Source of the DNA: Vermamoeba vermiformis
Lineage: Eukaryota
Direction: 5' to 3'
DNA: 64,000 bases
Assembly: GCA_045837725.1 (NCBI GenBank)
Contig: JBEWZL010000227.1
Coordinates: 248,001-312,000 of the forward strand
Under the pieces are notes generated by a model that made no database searches, was not told the origin of the DNA, and saw nothing but the letters and a program-made list of their open reading frames with translations. This document shows positions 47,320-59,956 of this stretch, one piece after another (positions within the stretch are counted from its first letter, which is position 1; every line of letters begins with the position of its first letter). Position numbers and translations under genes: made by a program.

Positions 47320-50300
47320 ATGGAGAACAACGACGAGGACCAGCAACAGATCCAGCAACATGACGAGAATATGACCGAGTAAGATCGCATCCTTGTTTCT
47401 GCAAGTGTAAAGCTTAGTACTTACGTAATTGCTAGTTTTGAAATTGAGGAAATAAATTTTAACGAGGAAGAAGGTGAAGACGAAGAGGATAACGAAGATA
47501 GTAACGATGAAGGAGATGCGCAAAACGACTACCCAGATGACGAAGAAGAAGACGAAGATGAGGATGAAGAAGGTGATACTGAGTTAAATGACAAATTATA
47601 TGATGCTTGCGAAAGAAAAAACTTCGAGGAAGTTAAAAGGCTTGTAGATGCAGGTACGTGAAACCCAGATCTTTCTTACACAAATTCTAAAAAATATAAT
47701 AACATCGCATAATAATCAGACTAATATTTATAAAACATATTATCCACAAAATAAAGCAAAATTAATTGACTCAACTCAAATTCCTTTTGCACTTTCAGGC
47801 GCGAACATCAATAGCCGCAAATCCGACGACACCGATGGAAAAACTCCCTTAATGGTTGCTGCTGTTGAAGGCACATATGAAATAGTCCAATATTTACTAG
47901 AAAAAGGCGCAGATCCAGCTATGGTTACTTGGGTATGTCAGAAATCATACTACAGACAATTTATTATAATGGTTGCGAAAGCATTATTACCGAGAATTGA
48001 TATTTTCTTTAATCTGTGTATTTCATTAACGACTAAACTATTTGCTGCAGTCGAGTTCAACAGATGCGCTCAACTTTGCTTGCAGAAGTCCGAACCTTGA
48101 TGTTATTAAGCTGCTAATGGCACCTCGCGAGCAAGGAGGTGGTGGATTGAGCATTGATAGGCCGTCTGGTGGCAACTGGCTGCCTATTCATTCTGCAGCT
48201 AATTGGGGTCAAACTGAAGTGTTGAAATTATTGCTCTCCGCGTAAGTCGGAACTATATATAATCAATATTAATCTAATCATATATTATTGTGTTGATATT
48301 AATTGATAATTTCGAAGAGGTGCGCAAGTAGATGCGCAAACATCGATTGGAAGAACTCCGTTGAGCTTAGCTGCTGAATGCGGAAGAATTGGTTGCATGA
48401 AGTACGTTAAAATCGACGCGCACTTTAGTGGAATTATAATATTAATCAACTATAGGGCATTATTGGACGGTGGTGCCAATCCAAACATCCCAGATCCCGT
48501 TGGTCAAACCGCAATTTTCCACGCAGCTCGTGTGATCAGCATTGAATGCCTAAAATTATTAGTAGAGGTATATTAGTATATTTATCGTACTGTTAATTGC
48601 AGAAAAAATACTTACCGTGTTACAGGTTGGTAAAGCGGATGTGAATTGTGTTGACAAATGGGGCAACACTGCCTTTTCAGAGGCCGATAGAATGAGCATG
48701 TGGGAACAAGCTCTTTATTTGTGGAAACAAGGTGCTAGCATTAAAGGATTGAAACGAGCTAACGGAAGTAAGATCGTGAAAATTTTGACATTTGACACGT
48801 GTCATTTGCTGACCAAGATATTTGTTACAGAATTGAGTTCACTCATTTGGAGTAGGCCTATTTCACTGAACGCGCCGTCGCCACGATACAGCTCGAATGC
48901 TTTTTGGTACGCAACAATTATTCTCAGAAATTAAGCTTACCATATTTGGTTAACAGCACAGGCAACAGAGTTTGGGTGATTGGTGGATTTGGTTTGCCAG
49001 CCGATACCATAAATCCTGACCCTGAATCAACGCAGAGCTCTGACGGTGATAATTTGGGTGATGTTTATTTCTGCGATCTGGGTACGTAATTACAAAGCAT
49101 TTGCAATGCAATTTTTGTTTGATTTACGTCTCGTTTGCAGATAAAATCGAGAATGTGTTTTTAGGCAAAAAGATTGGCAACAAACAAGATATGATCGATG
49201 AAGTGCAATTAAATGCGTGGAACCCTCAAAGATGCCCCGAAGCGATTTTAATTCAACAAGATGGACTTACAATCTCATCGTCCGGAGCATTGGATCCGGA
49301 TCTGTTGGGAAGTGACGATGGAGATTGCGCGGTAAGATCATATCATGTAGTTTTAATGATCCGTTGGTTAATAATTCCTCTTTTAGAGCGTGCAAGCCAT
49401 CAAGCCTTTTACGCCAGACGATCCAATGACATACTTTGAAATAACCGTTATTGATCACGGCAAACGAAAGTAAGCTTATTTTATCGCACTGTAATACGTA
49501 TTAACTTTATTTTGCAGCATTATCACGTTCGGTTTGACCCACGAAGAATTTGAACTCGATGCACTTCCAGGCTGGAAGAAAAAGTATGCAAAACGTTTTT
49601 CAGTGCAACAAGTCACGTGTCTAACGCGTTTACAGGACAATCGGATATCACGGAGATGACGGCCAATTGTTTTACAATAGAGGACGAGGTACTCCTTGGG
49701 GCACTCGGTACGTTACGCTAGATTAATACCCAGCATGACATTGCCTAATATGGTAATTCTTGAAGATACGGCACAGGAGATACGGTCGGCTGCGGTGTCA
49801 ATTACAAGACACGAGAAGTGTTTTTCACGAAGAACGGAGAGTTCTTAGGCGTCGCAGTGAAGGGCGTGTCAGTCGACAGGTGGTTCCCGACTGTTGGCTT
49901 CAGATCGCCAAGCGCCATTGTGAAAGCTAACTTTGGTCTCGAGCCGTTCAAATTCTCGTTCAGCGCACGTAAGTCCGACACTTTCAGTTGACACGTGTCA
50001 AATCGCGAGAAAATTTTTGGTTGGAATACAAGGCAAATATCTTTGACACGTGTCATTTTTTCATTTCAACTTAATTTTAACCGTTGATTCTTACCAGCGA
50101 TGCTCAAGTGGATCAAAGCTGACATTAAGTTCGTGGACAGTCTTATTCCTCAACAGCCTTTTACTGTGACAGATTATACTCCAACATCAAAAATAGTTCT
50201 CGGCCATGACTTGTCAGATTTGTCTCGTGTTCATATCTTTGACTTTGGTAAGGTCTTCGCGCGTTGACTAGAACTAATTATTAATTTCTTCTGCAGAAAA

Positions 50301-53300
50301 TCTCGTCATGATGAGCAAACCTGTCACTTTTGATGCGGGCAACACGCCGTACATGTACGGGCTAATATGTAGCATGAAAGCCGGTGACAACATTTATTTT
50401 GTCTGCAGACGTGAGTACCTTTTGAAGTCGCTTCAAGAACGGCACTAAGATTTGAACCTTTTTAGGAAGGTCAAGACACGGACTGACTAATAAGGAGAAG
50501 TACGACATCACTGTGTGGAAGTTGGATCTGTCGCCACAACAGCTCGAGACATGGGCTGTCACTAGAATTATTCCGCCAGTACCTAAATCAGCCCCTGCCG
50601 TACGTTTTTAAAATTATTCTAGTTAACTTAAATATATTGTTGACACGACATTTAGCCTGAAGAAAGAGAACAGTCCGCGATGCAAGTTGAAACTGCACAA
50701 GACCTATTTGAAGAAGCGGCACTTTCGATCCAAGAGTTTGGACTACCCGTATGTCAAATAGCAGCTCAATCGCATGCACATGTATTAACGTTAATTCTCG
50801 TTTAGGGCGTAGAAATTACCACAAACAACAATAAGATTGTATTTATTGGCCGTCAAAACCTGCTCGAATTCAATCCGGGTGAGTTGACACGTGTCAAATT
50901 AACTCGTTACCGGAGCTAATCTCCATTATGCTACAGCGACAGGTGAAGCCCGAAAGATTGAACCTTCAGGCAAGTTCCCGAGCACCAAGTCTTATTCAAC
51001 TACATCTGTTGAAAACCAAATCGTCACTTTTGGTGGCTGGAACGAGCACGAGCAACAATTTGACGTGTACATCTACGAGCAAGGTCAGTTAGTATCCACC
51101 ACTACCCACCATCAGGCACTTACATGTTGATTAGATCGAGCGATGTGGTACAAGCCACATGTCACGGGCACTGTCCCTCGCCCGCGCAACAATAACGCCA
51201 CTGCATTTGCTGAGAACCAGGGCAAGATGATGTTTATTGGAGGCTGGAACGGACGTAACTTCATCGATGACATTGACGTCCTGTCAATACGTAAGTACTT
51301 TCACCATCTTCAAGAAATTGTTCGGTCGCGAAGAAATTGATATCCAACGGGTCGCGAGTGTTAAAATCAGGGCGAGCAAAATCAACAAGGCACTCATGGT
51401 CTAGGGGCATGATGTGCGCCATGACACGCTGTCTTTCCCTCTCGCAAAATCAACAAGGCACTCATGGTCTAGGGGCATGATGTGCGCCATGACATGCTGT
51501 CATTCGGTCCGACCAAAATCAACAAGGCACTCATGGTCTAGGGGCATGATGTGTGCCATGACACGCTGTCTTTCTGTCTGAGCTAAATCAACAAGGCACT
51601 CATGGTCTAGGGGCATGATGTCCGCCTGCCACGCGGGCGACCCGGGTTCGATTCCCGGTGAGTGCATTCTTTTTTGCCTTTTTGCGCTGTAGCTTCTTCT
51701 CTCGTTGTTCGTTTATTTACTAAATTGAGCAAGGTGAAAATAATTGGTTTTATGTGACACTTCTAGACAGATTAACGTGGTGTTACCAGAATACCCTTTT
51801 ATTAGCTTGGAAGGGTTAGGGTGCACACATGCAAGGAACAGCGTTTAAATTTTCATTTTAATTTTGCACTGCGTATGTGCCCTTCCAAGCAGCCCGTAGA
51901 TGAAAATTCATTTGGCAAGCAAGCACAGTTGCTGATGCTCGTGGGTTCTGCCGCGACTTGCGTGAAGTTAATCAAGTGCGCTGTGTGGAAAATGAGCGTT
52001 TTTTTCTTCTTGAAAATGCCAGGCTAGTCTCATATCATCGCGTCGTTTTGTTCCTTGCCGCTCGACCCAACAACGGCCTAATAGCATAGTTGGTTATTGC
52101 GCCCGCCTAGTAAGCGGGAGGTCCTCGGTTCGAATCCGAGTTAGGCCAGTTTCTTTTTTGCTTGTAGGCGGGGACTATCATTCGCTTCTTAGTATTTGTT
52201 GTTTTTGGACTTCAGTTGATCTGACAACTTTTTTTTGACAGAGACCTTGGTCCCTGAAGAATTCGGCATGTACTTGAACAGTTCGGAATTGTTCGATGTG
52301 ACGCTGCAAATTCAAAATCAGAGCGTTAAATGTCACAAAGCGATCTTGTATTGTCGATCAAAATACTTCAAGGCTTTGCTCGAGAAGGATCCGGATGTCA
52401 CGCACCTGACCATCGACAACGTGAAGTTCCCGTTATTCAATGCCATGGTGCGTATTATTAATTAATTACAATTATCACATTATGATCATTCTTGCTTATT
52501 GTTGTTCTGCAGTTGAATTACTTGTACACGGATCTGATCGACACGACGCAAGTGACTGAAGAGCTCGTGCACGAGTTTATCGAACTGTGCGAGACCTATG
52601 CACACGAGCACGTGCCTAGGATCACCGAAGAACTGCTTTTGACACGTGTCCAACAGTCAAGCACGATGAGCGATGACCTGAGTCAGATCATCAATCAAAA
52701 ATTGTTTTCTGACGTCGAGTTCGTTATTGATGGACAAACGTATTACGCGCACAAGGTAACCTTATTAACATCATTTACGGCCAATTTCCCATTCGAAAAA
52801 AATTACTTTGATCTAATAATTTTTTCACGGCTCGATGAAGAGCATTGCGTTAACTTTCCTAATTAGGCAATCATATGCGCACGCTCAGAGTACTTTAGAG
52901 GCATGTGCCTCGGTAACTTGCGCGAGTCCAAGCAGCGTGTGATTGAACTGAGCGATGTCACAAGTGCTACTTGGCCCGCGATCATGCAATGGCTCTATTG
53001 CAAACGACCTGATTGGAACGCAATTACAGCACACGCGAGCGAGGTAAGTAGTTATATACTTTAAATACAAATGATGTTCTTTGCGCCTATTTATCACACA
53101 AAACTCTATCTGCTTTTGCCGGAGATATATCGTTTCCGTGCTTTGTTTCTAGTCTATTAATACGTGCCCCCGATATGACACTTTTGACACGTTGTTTGAT
53201 CGTCGGAATATTCAATCTGTCAAATTGAGTATCTCAAATACGGCAATTTGTTTCAATATGAGTCTCATACTAAGGTCATTTTGATGCTATCCGATATTAA

Positions 53301-53755
53301 CGCATGTTATTTGTAGATTTATGTCGCGTCAGGTCATTACGCAGCATTGGGCCTTAAAACTGCCGTAGAAACAGCGCTCTTGGCCCAGATCCAAGACGAA
53401 CTAGCCACCGATGATTTGACCGTTGAAGAACTGTCATCCGCACTCGCGGTACGTGCATACAATGCATAATCTATGAAATCCCGAAATATCTTTTCACTCC
53501 ACGTGGCAGATCTGAAATGACACTTTTGACACGATCTACCTTCGGAAAGTTTTCACTGAACCATATGAACTAATTATAGCATCATATTTATAGGTTTACG
53601 AGCTTGCCGATAGTTGCAATGCAGTTGAATTTGCTCAATCTTGCGCGAAGTTGATTGCGAATGCTCAATCCGCGATCGCCGCAAGTCAGATCGTGTACAT
53701 TTTGAGCGATGAAGAACGAATGTTATATACAAAAGCGATTTCATCAGTAAATTAA
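47320..53755 (+). CDS. Ankyrin - Kelch - SPRY - Kelch - BTB - BTB multidomain protein
   Basis: Acidic N-terminus; ankyrins (GKTPLMVAA, WLPIHSAA, GRTPLSLAA); SPRY (YFEITV..LPGW..IGYHGDDG..GDTVGCGVN..FFTKNG); Kelch (TFGGWN, PRPRNNN..FIGGWNG); BTBs (FDVTLQI..KCHKAILYCRSKYF; FSDVEFVI..YAHKAIICARSEYF). Confidence 0.85.
51377..51595 (+). repeat. Three tandem 68-69 bp units, each containing the 5' 26 nt of tRNA-Gly
   Basis: AAATCAACAAG-GCACTCATGGTCTAGGGGCATGATGT-G(C/T)GCCATGACA(C/T)GCTGTC-variable; tRNA-part starts at 51390, 51458 and 51527, with the intact gene at 51596. Confidence 0.92.
51596..51666 (+). tRNA. tRNA-Gly (GCC), intronic
   Basis: Acceptor stem GCACTCA/TGAGTGC, anticodon loop CTGCCAC, T-arm CCGGG-TTCGATT-CCCGG, followed by a T-run. 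Confidence 0.96.
51667..51683 (+). terminator. Pol III oligo-T terminator after tRNA-Gly
   Basis: TTCTTTTTTGCCTTTTT immediately downstream; a similar run follows tRNA-Thr at 52150-52159. Confidence 0.7.
52075..52148 (+). tRNA. tRNA-Thr (AGT), intronic
   Basis: Acceptor stem GGCCTAA/TTAGGCC, anticodon arm CCCGC-CTAGTAA-GCGGG, T-arm CTCGG-TTCGAAT-CCGAG, followed by a T-run. Confidence 0.96.
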
Positions 53756-54954
53756 TCAAAATGGCTGGATATTAAATAAATGCTCGTTACTTGTTTGAAA
53801 CAACGGCTTAAAAGTTCACATGAGTGGAAAGTGTCGTTTAGAAATAGTTACCAAAATTGGAATGATTTTGAAATAGGGGACTGCATGCTAGTCTCCATAG
53901 CCTAAAAAACTTTGTAGTATCTTGAACGAGGCCTGAAGATGTTACAGTCTGAGATAGAAACGCCTAAATGCCCGCGATTTTTATTTTTTATCATTTCCCC
54001 CCGCTTTTGCTGGTAAATGAAGGTTATTGAACAGGGAGCGGATCCGTTGACGAGTAATAGAACCGGAGTTCAGCACGTGCTTAAAAATGATAAATAAATA
54101 AGCTATTGTATATTGAGCAATAGATTTTGAAATAGAGCAGAAGAAGTACTGTTAAACCGTTTTCGGTTTATAAAAAGTCCGAATCCGAACCGTCAATTCA
54201 CTGAACATTTCACGAGCGTTAACTCTAGTAAAACGATTAAATCATCTTAAATACAATACATAAGCAACCAATAAGGCTTATTTCCTCATTGTTTGCTTTC
54301 AATTCTCCGTGACAACAGAACGACGTTTCAAGTTTTGTGAACGCAACGGTTAGGACTTTCAAATGGCTACTGGTACTCGAAATGATACCAATTATATATA
54401 CAGAGATAGAATGCAGCAAAACAACCAACATACAGGAGCGTAACTCCGTTTCCAAGGCGTAATATTGCAATCGTGTTATTGGGTTCCGACGAGCGAGATT
54501 TAAATTTAAAACGTGGGATTGTACCGCCTATCCGACAGCCATAAATTAGCTAAATCAACGTAAATATTTCGTATCGGACTATGCCCCAACGAAGGAACAA
54601 TTCAGAGTCTATTTTAAGGCGAAAATAATTCATGAATCTTTGGCCGGCAAAACCCCGAAAAGAATATGACTTTGGCGATTGATTTTTGTTGAAACTATAC
54701 TACAAGGTTTATTTGATCACGAATTTGAGCTGCTATTATCTATTGTAATCAAACATGCTCAAAAACGGATCAGATTTGAACAAAAAACATAAATTAATGA
54801 TTAAAACTACAAGTTGCTTCGACTAGGTAGCAGTTCTATAATATACATACTCGCGACTGCTGTCCATTCGAAGGGTGTTTGCGTGGGTCGGAGCGCATAA
54901 TTGCAAGGATCCAAGCCATAAAAATTCTCCGCGATCTGAAATAAGTCGGAGTTT

Positions 54955-56358
54955 TTAAGCTAAATTGAGCTTTGCTTGGATTTGACGAGCGGCAAGTTGT
55001 TCCTGTTTGAACCAAGAAGGCAAAGGAGGAGAAGAATCGCCGCTTTGGGAGTAATTTGTGGATGTGGCTTGAGATTCGGTTGTAAAGTCGAGAGATCTTC
55101 GGCAAGTATAGTCATTGACATTAGGAGCTAACTTGAAGTTGAACAAGTTGCTCGATGCAACAGCCTTTAACGGAGAAATAGTCGGAGAAACCGCCGCGGG
55201 CAAAGTTGTTGGCACATCCGGCTTGCTCATGGGATTTGACCAAGAAGGCACAGGAGTTGCAACAGTAGTGGGTGAGATTGATCTAGGGTATGCTACGACC
55301 ATATGAGGAGCGATGCCATAAGGCGGGACACTGCTGCGCAGGTTAGATCCAAAGTTGGCTTGTCGTTGCGTTTCGAAATACTTCATTGCCGTTGGATCTT
55401 GGCTTGGAGCAGATTTCTTTTGAGCTGCAGATACCGCGAAGCTAATTATATCGGAGTCCTATTAATAAATACGTTAGATCCATGCTATTCTCGTGCCTCT
55501 TTCCTAATCTAGAAAAAAATATGGAAGATTCAATCTTGAAACGTTACTCATGCCAATTAAACTGCAATCGAGCATCAGAAGCATCATAGTATGAATCTTA
55601 CCTTCATATAATCAGTTTGAGCCTTGTTTTGCGCCTTACGATCGTGCGATCCCGAATCTTCCTCGTCTTCGGAAAATGATTCGGCGGAGGTAGCCACTGA
55701 CTCAAGATGGAAAAACTTGATCAAATCATCGGGGGACATGCCTAATTGCAATTAAAAAGATCTTAGTAAGCTGTTTTTAGACCGTTGGAAAAGCTGATCA
55801 AAAAACGAGTCTATTTTAGTAACAAAACTAAAAGACAGACGTTGAGGAATAAATATTGAAATCAAATCTTTGGTCTTAGAGTCGTTTCTTACCAGCAGGC
55901 AATGCGTTGGAGTTAGTTTTAGCGAATCCGAACAAGATGTTCTCTTTCTGTCGTTGCAATCGTAAGAGTTGAGTAAAGACGCCTTCTTCTTGTGGTGAAG
56001 AGCGCAGGGAGTCTATGAGGTTCACCATCGCCTTCTCGATGCTCTTAAGCTGAAAACTACGCGTTAGAATTTTGTCTTGAAAAAATAATCCGATCCGTCA
56101 CCAAGAGCAAAATTAAACTTGATTTGCAGTATCTCAGACAACTACCATGCCTTAAAGACTTACCTTTCTAAACGGCCAGCGAGGGATACCATACTTTCGG
56201 CAAATTTTCTTCAGCAATGTAGCGCAGATGCCGATCTCCCTTGATGCGGCAGCAATAGGTAAATGGAAGTAACTTGCAATCTGGTCTCGTGTGGCAGACT
56301 TTCTTCTGCTGGATGAGAACATTGGTGTTAGGTTAGCGTCGTTCATAGTGTGGTCCAT
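54955..56358 (-). CDS. RWP-RK domain transcription factor
   Basis: TRDQIASYFHLPIAAASREIGICATLLKKICRKYGIPRWPFRK|LKSI; Pro/Ser-rich C-terminal exon. Confidence 0.9.
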
Positions 56359-57167
56359 TGAATAAATAATAATAAATATTGAAAATCAGATCTGAGATGT
56401 GACCTTAGGTTGTTATTACAACAAAACAATAAATACGAATGAACCAAAACAAGCTTTTTATCCCTGGTCCGTCACACGTGTACACCTAATTTCCGCGTGC
56501 GCAAAGGAACTTGCCCGAAGTTTGTAATTTTCCATTAGAAATTCCGCTCTAAAATTGTTGCAAAAATATACTTTCTATTTTTAGTCCTGGCGCATGTGCT
56601 GGATCTCGCGATAATTTTGTTGTGTTTGTCGCATCGCGCAATCAGCATTTCTGTTCATTTCGATAACCATCGGTCGAACTTTAATCTGGCGCCACATCCG
56701 CTCTAGTACTAAGCTAGGAATTAAGATGGATCAAAAATGCAGCTAGATCGGCGATTAGTACTAAATCTTACTCTATAATGACTTTAAAACGAGCTCTATT
56801 CTCGCGCGAGATGTTTCCATGCCCATTAATTCTTTCAAAAATAGCTTGAAAACGCCGTTTAAAGCAAAAGCGATTAAAATCCGTCAAACACATCAGTCAA
56901 AACGAGTCTCAAAATTTCTTTACTATATTAGTTAAACTAAGACTGAATTTGCAACACGCGCCGCAAACGAAATTATTTGAACCGCTTCAGATCAGCGAGA
57001 TGAAAACTCAAATGCAAACTCGAAACTAATCGTGTTAACTGATCGGCCGATTTCCGCCGATATTTGAGGGTGTAATAGTACGTAACAGTTTTGTTTGAAG
57101 CAAATTTAACAATTTTCTATGTACATCCGCGAGCCGAAAAAAAAAAGCAATTTTGAATTACCGTTCG

Positions 57168-57940
57168 TTATTGCTGGTTCTTTGCGACTACTTTCTTTTT
57201 CTTATCACCGCCCCATAGACCAGTATCTTCTGTAACCTTATTGGGTCTAGCGTGCCTACAAACAAAAATAAAATTAATGGCGGATCTTAATCCGACCGAC
57301 TTTCCGAAAGCTGCTTAAATTAGCTCGAAATTTGAATAAAAGATTATCGGCAGTGACAAAAATTGAATATGACGTGCAATAGACATGGCATTGAAGTATT
57401 TACGCCTTTGTTTTTTTGAATTCTTTTACCTCACTTGTGGTGGAACCAACGATCTGGCCACACCACCTTTAGAACTAGCTTGATTGGTCGTTTGCTTAGT
57501 CTCTAGTGGCGCATCAAACATCGAAGGTAATGTTAATTTCGGCTTTTTTGACGGAGGTTCTGGTTCAACATCCAAAGACTCGGTTTTCTCATCTGACCAT
57601 TAAATATGATCAATAATTGAAGAAAATGCTAATTATAGACTAAAATAATATATTATTCACTATGTTATCGGAATTGAGTTTAAAGTTGCTCTATTAAGCC
57701 AAATTAAATTTTGGTATTTTAGCTATTTATCAATATCGCGTTTAAATAACTATTATTCTTAATAAATGCTGTTAAATAATACTATATTGCACTAAATAAT
57801 ATTATTATAAATATTATACCTCTTGGACGTTTTTTATCGGGACTGGTTTGATTATCTTGCTCCATCTCGTCCTCTTTTACTTCTTCTTTCGAATTTTCAT
57901 CGTCCGAGCCTGATCCATAATCACCACTCACTAGACTCAT
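57168..57940 (-). CDS. Small charged hypothetical protein (3 exons)
   Basis: MSLVSGDYGSGSDDENSK..PPSKKPKLTLPSMF..LVPPQVR|HARPNKVTEDTGLWGG..NQQ*, with consistent splice phases. Confidence 0.6.
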
Positions 57941-58066
57941 TATAACAAATATATTTTAACTGGTTCTGTGGTCGTTAAAGCTCGCTAACGAAAAATTTGC
58001 TCGATTATCATTTTACGTACAATACACGTCCACATTTAATTATAAATAGCAGAAAATAGAAGAATA

Positions 58067-59956
58067 ATGAATAATGTAATAAAATTAATCACATTTGATG
58101 CTACTGGAACATTAATAAGGCCAAGAGGTGGATCCGTTGGTGCAATCTACGTAAGCCATCGATTCTAAACACTCTAATAATTATCTTAATGCGAAATATC
58201 ATGAATCTATATGCATTATAATATATTGATACTATTGCGCATCGTACTCGATTTTTTGGATAAAAAAATTTGATTTTTCTGTTTGATCTCGACAAAATTC
58301 ATTTTAGTAATTTATCGTTCTAGAAAGGCCCAAGCAGCTCGGAAGTTTGGAATTAGCATTAAAGACGATCAAGTAGGCGAACTAGACAAAGGCTTCTTCA
58401 AATCATGGAAGCAGATGACCACCTCAGAACCGAACTTCGGATACCCTGCGAAAAGGTGAGCGCACAAAATTTAAACTGTCAAGCGTCGATTCAAAGTATA
58501 TCCGAACTTTATTCCAGTAAATTGCTCCTCTGCACAATGAAATTTACGTTTAAAGCGTCGGATGCACTCCGCGAAAAGGCACGCGTTTAAATTGCACGTG
58601 TTCTTGCTATTGCAATACAATTTTTTTAGCCCTTTATGACTTGTCCCGAGTTCATAACTATTCATATATTGATAAGCTTTCGTAGTTCCAAAGACTGGTG
58701 GCGATCCATCGTTTTCAGTACGTTCAACCACGCAAGGATCAATTTGCAGCCTAATGAAGGTAATGACCTACGACCATAATGTGGCATATTACGAGAGCTC
58801 ATATAGTCGCTTCAAAGTGACGTTCTCGGTTTTCTAGAAATTACAACTATGTTCGTACACACGGGCTTGGATCCAGTCCCGTATACGTAATTATGATTCA
58901 ATTGGCACTTTGCTCATTTGTAGTATACCTTAGGTCAAGTTATCTTCGAGCATTTGTTCGAGGAGTTCAAGCAGGCTAAGAACTGGGACGTGTTTGAAGA
59001 GGTACATCCGCTCCTCAGAAAACTCAAGCAAGAATCCCCGAGAATTAAGCTCGGCGTTGTTTCGAATTTTGACGAGAGATTGGTGAGTCCAATATCTATA
59101 TTTTGTTCTAGTACTCGCACAAGTTCTAGCGTAAATTTACTCAACTCCAACTGTTTTTTTTCCTAAAAAGTCTTTAACCACTTTTTGACGTCTAATCATG
59201 TTAATTACATAGCACGATATCATGAGAAACACTAAACTGGACAATTATTTTGATTTCATATTGGCCTCGCGAGATCTGGGGATCGAGAAGCCGGATCCAA
59301 GAATTTTTCACCGGGCCCTTGAACTTGCCACTGTGGGTCATACACAAACTAGAATACTGCCACAAGAAGCAATGCATATTGGTGATCATATTACGAAAGA
59401 CTACGAGGCTGCTAAGGTAAGGCATCGGATCGATTAAATTACGACGAGAATTGCAAAAAATAATCGCAAAGTTATGGTATACGCTAACTAAATGCGGAAA
59501 CACGGAAATTTAAACTTGAAAAGGCACGAAAGTTTTATTTGGCGGTTTTCTGGGTGTTAGCAGGTGAAATTTCCTTTGGATTTTGCACCACAGAATCATG
59601 TGACTTATTACGGCAATCTAATTGTGTTGATTTTTCTGTTAATTTGCCATAAGATACGCCGTGAACCATCTTTGCGTATTACAAATTGAATTGAAATTGT
59701 GGCGGTATACTCTATGCGAATCATGATCGCTTTTTGGACTGCTTTAACAAATAGATCCACATCCGCGTGCAAATTCGATTGAATAGCGATAAATTGTTCC
59801 TATCTTTAGTACTTTAATGCTAACATGCATTTACAGAGTATAGGTATGCGGTCGATACTATTGGTAAGACAAGAACCGGCCCTGGATCCAACGAACCTTG
59901 CCCAAGACAAAAAGTCGAATCTGAATTTTATACTGGATCTACTACGCAATAAATAA
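58067..59956 (+). CDS. HAD-superfamily hydrolase, HDHD3/REG-2-like
   Basis: LITFDATGTL (motif I), LGVVSNFDERL (II), EKPDPRIF (III), HIGDHITKDYEAAK (IV). Confidence 0.88.

Noticed and set aside
51377-51666. CRISPR array interpretation of the repeat/linker pattern
   Set aside because: Eukaryotic context with no cas genes. The repeats are tRNA-derived and about 55 bp, and the linkers are only 12-14 nt and resemble each other.
53760-54950. Possible gene or ncRNA in the 1.2 kb gap
   Set aside because: Only short ORFs without motifs or a convincing exon chain, and no recognisable RNA structure.
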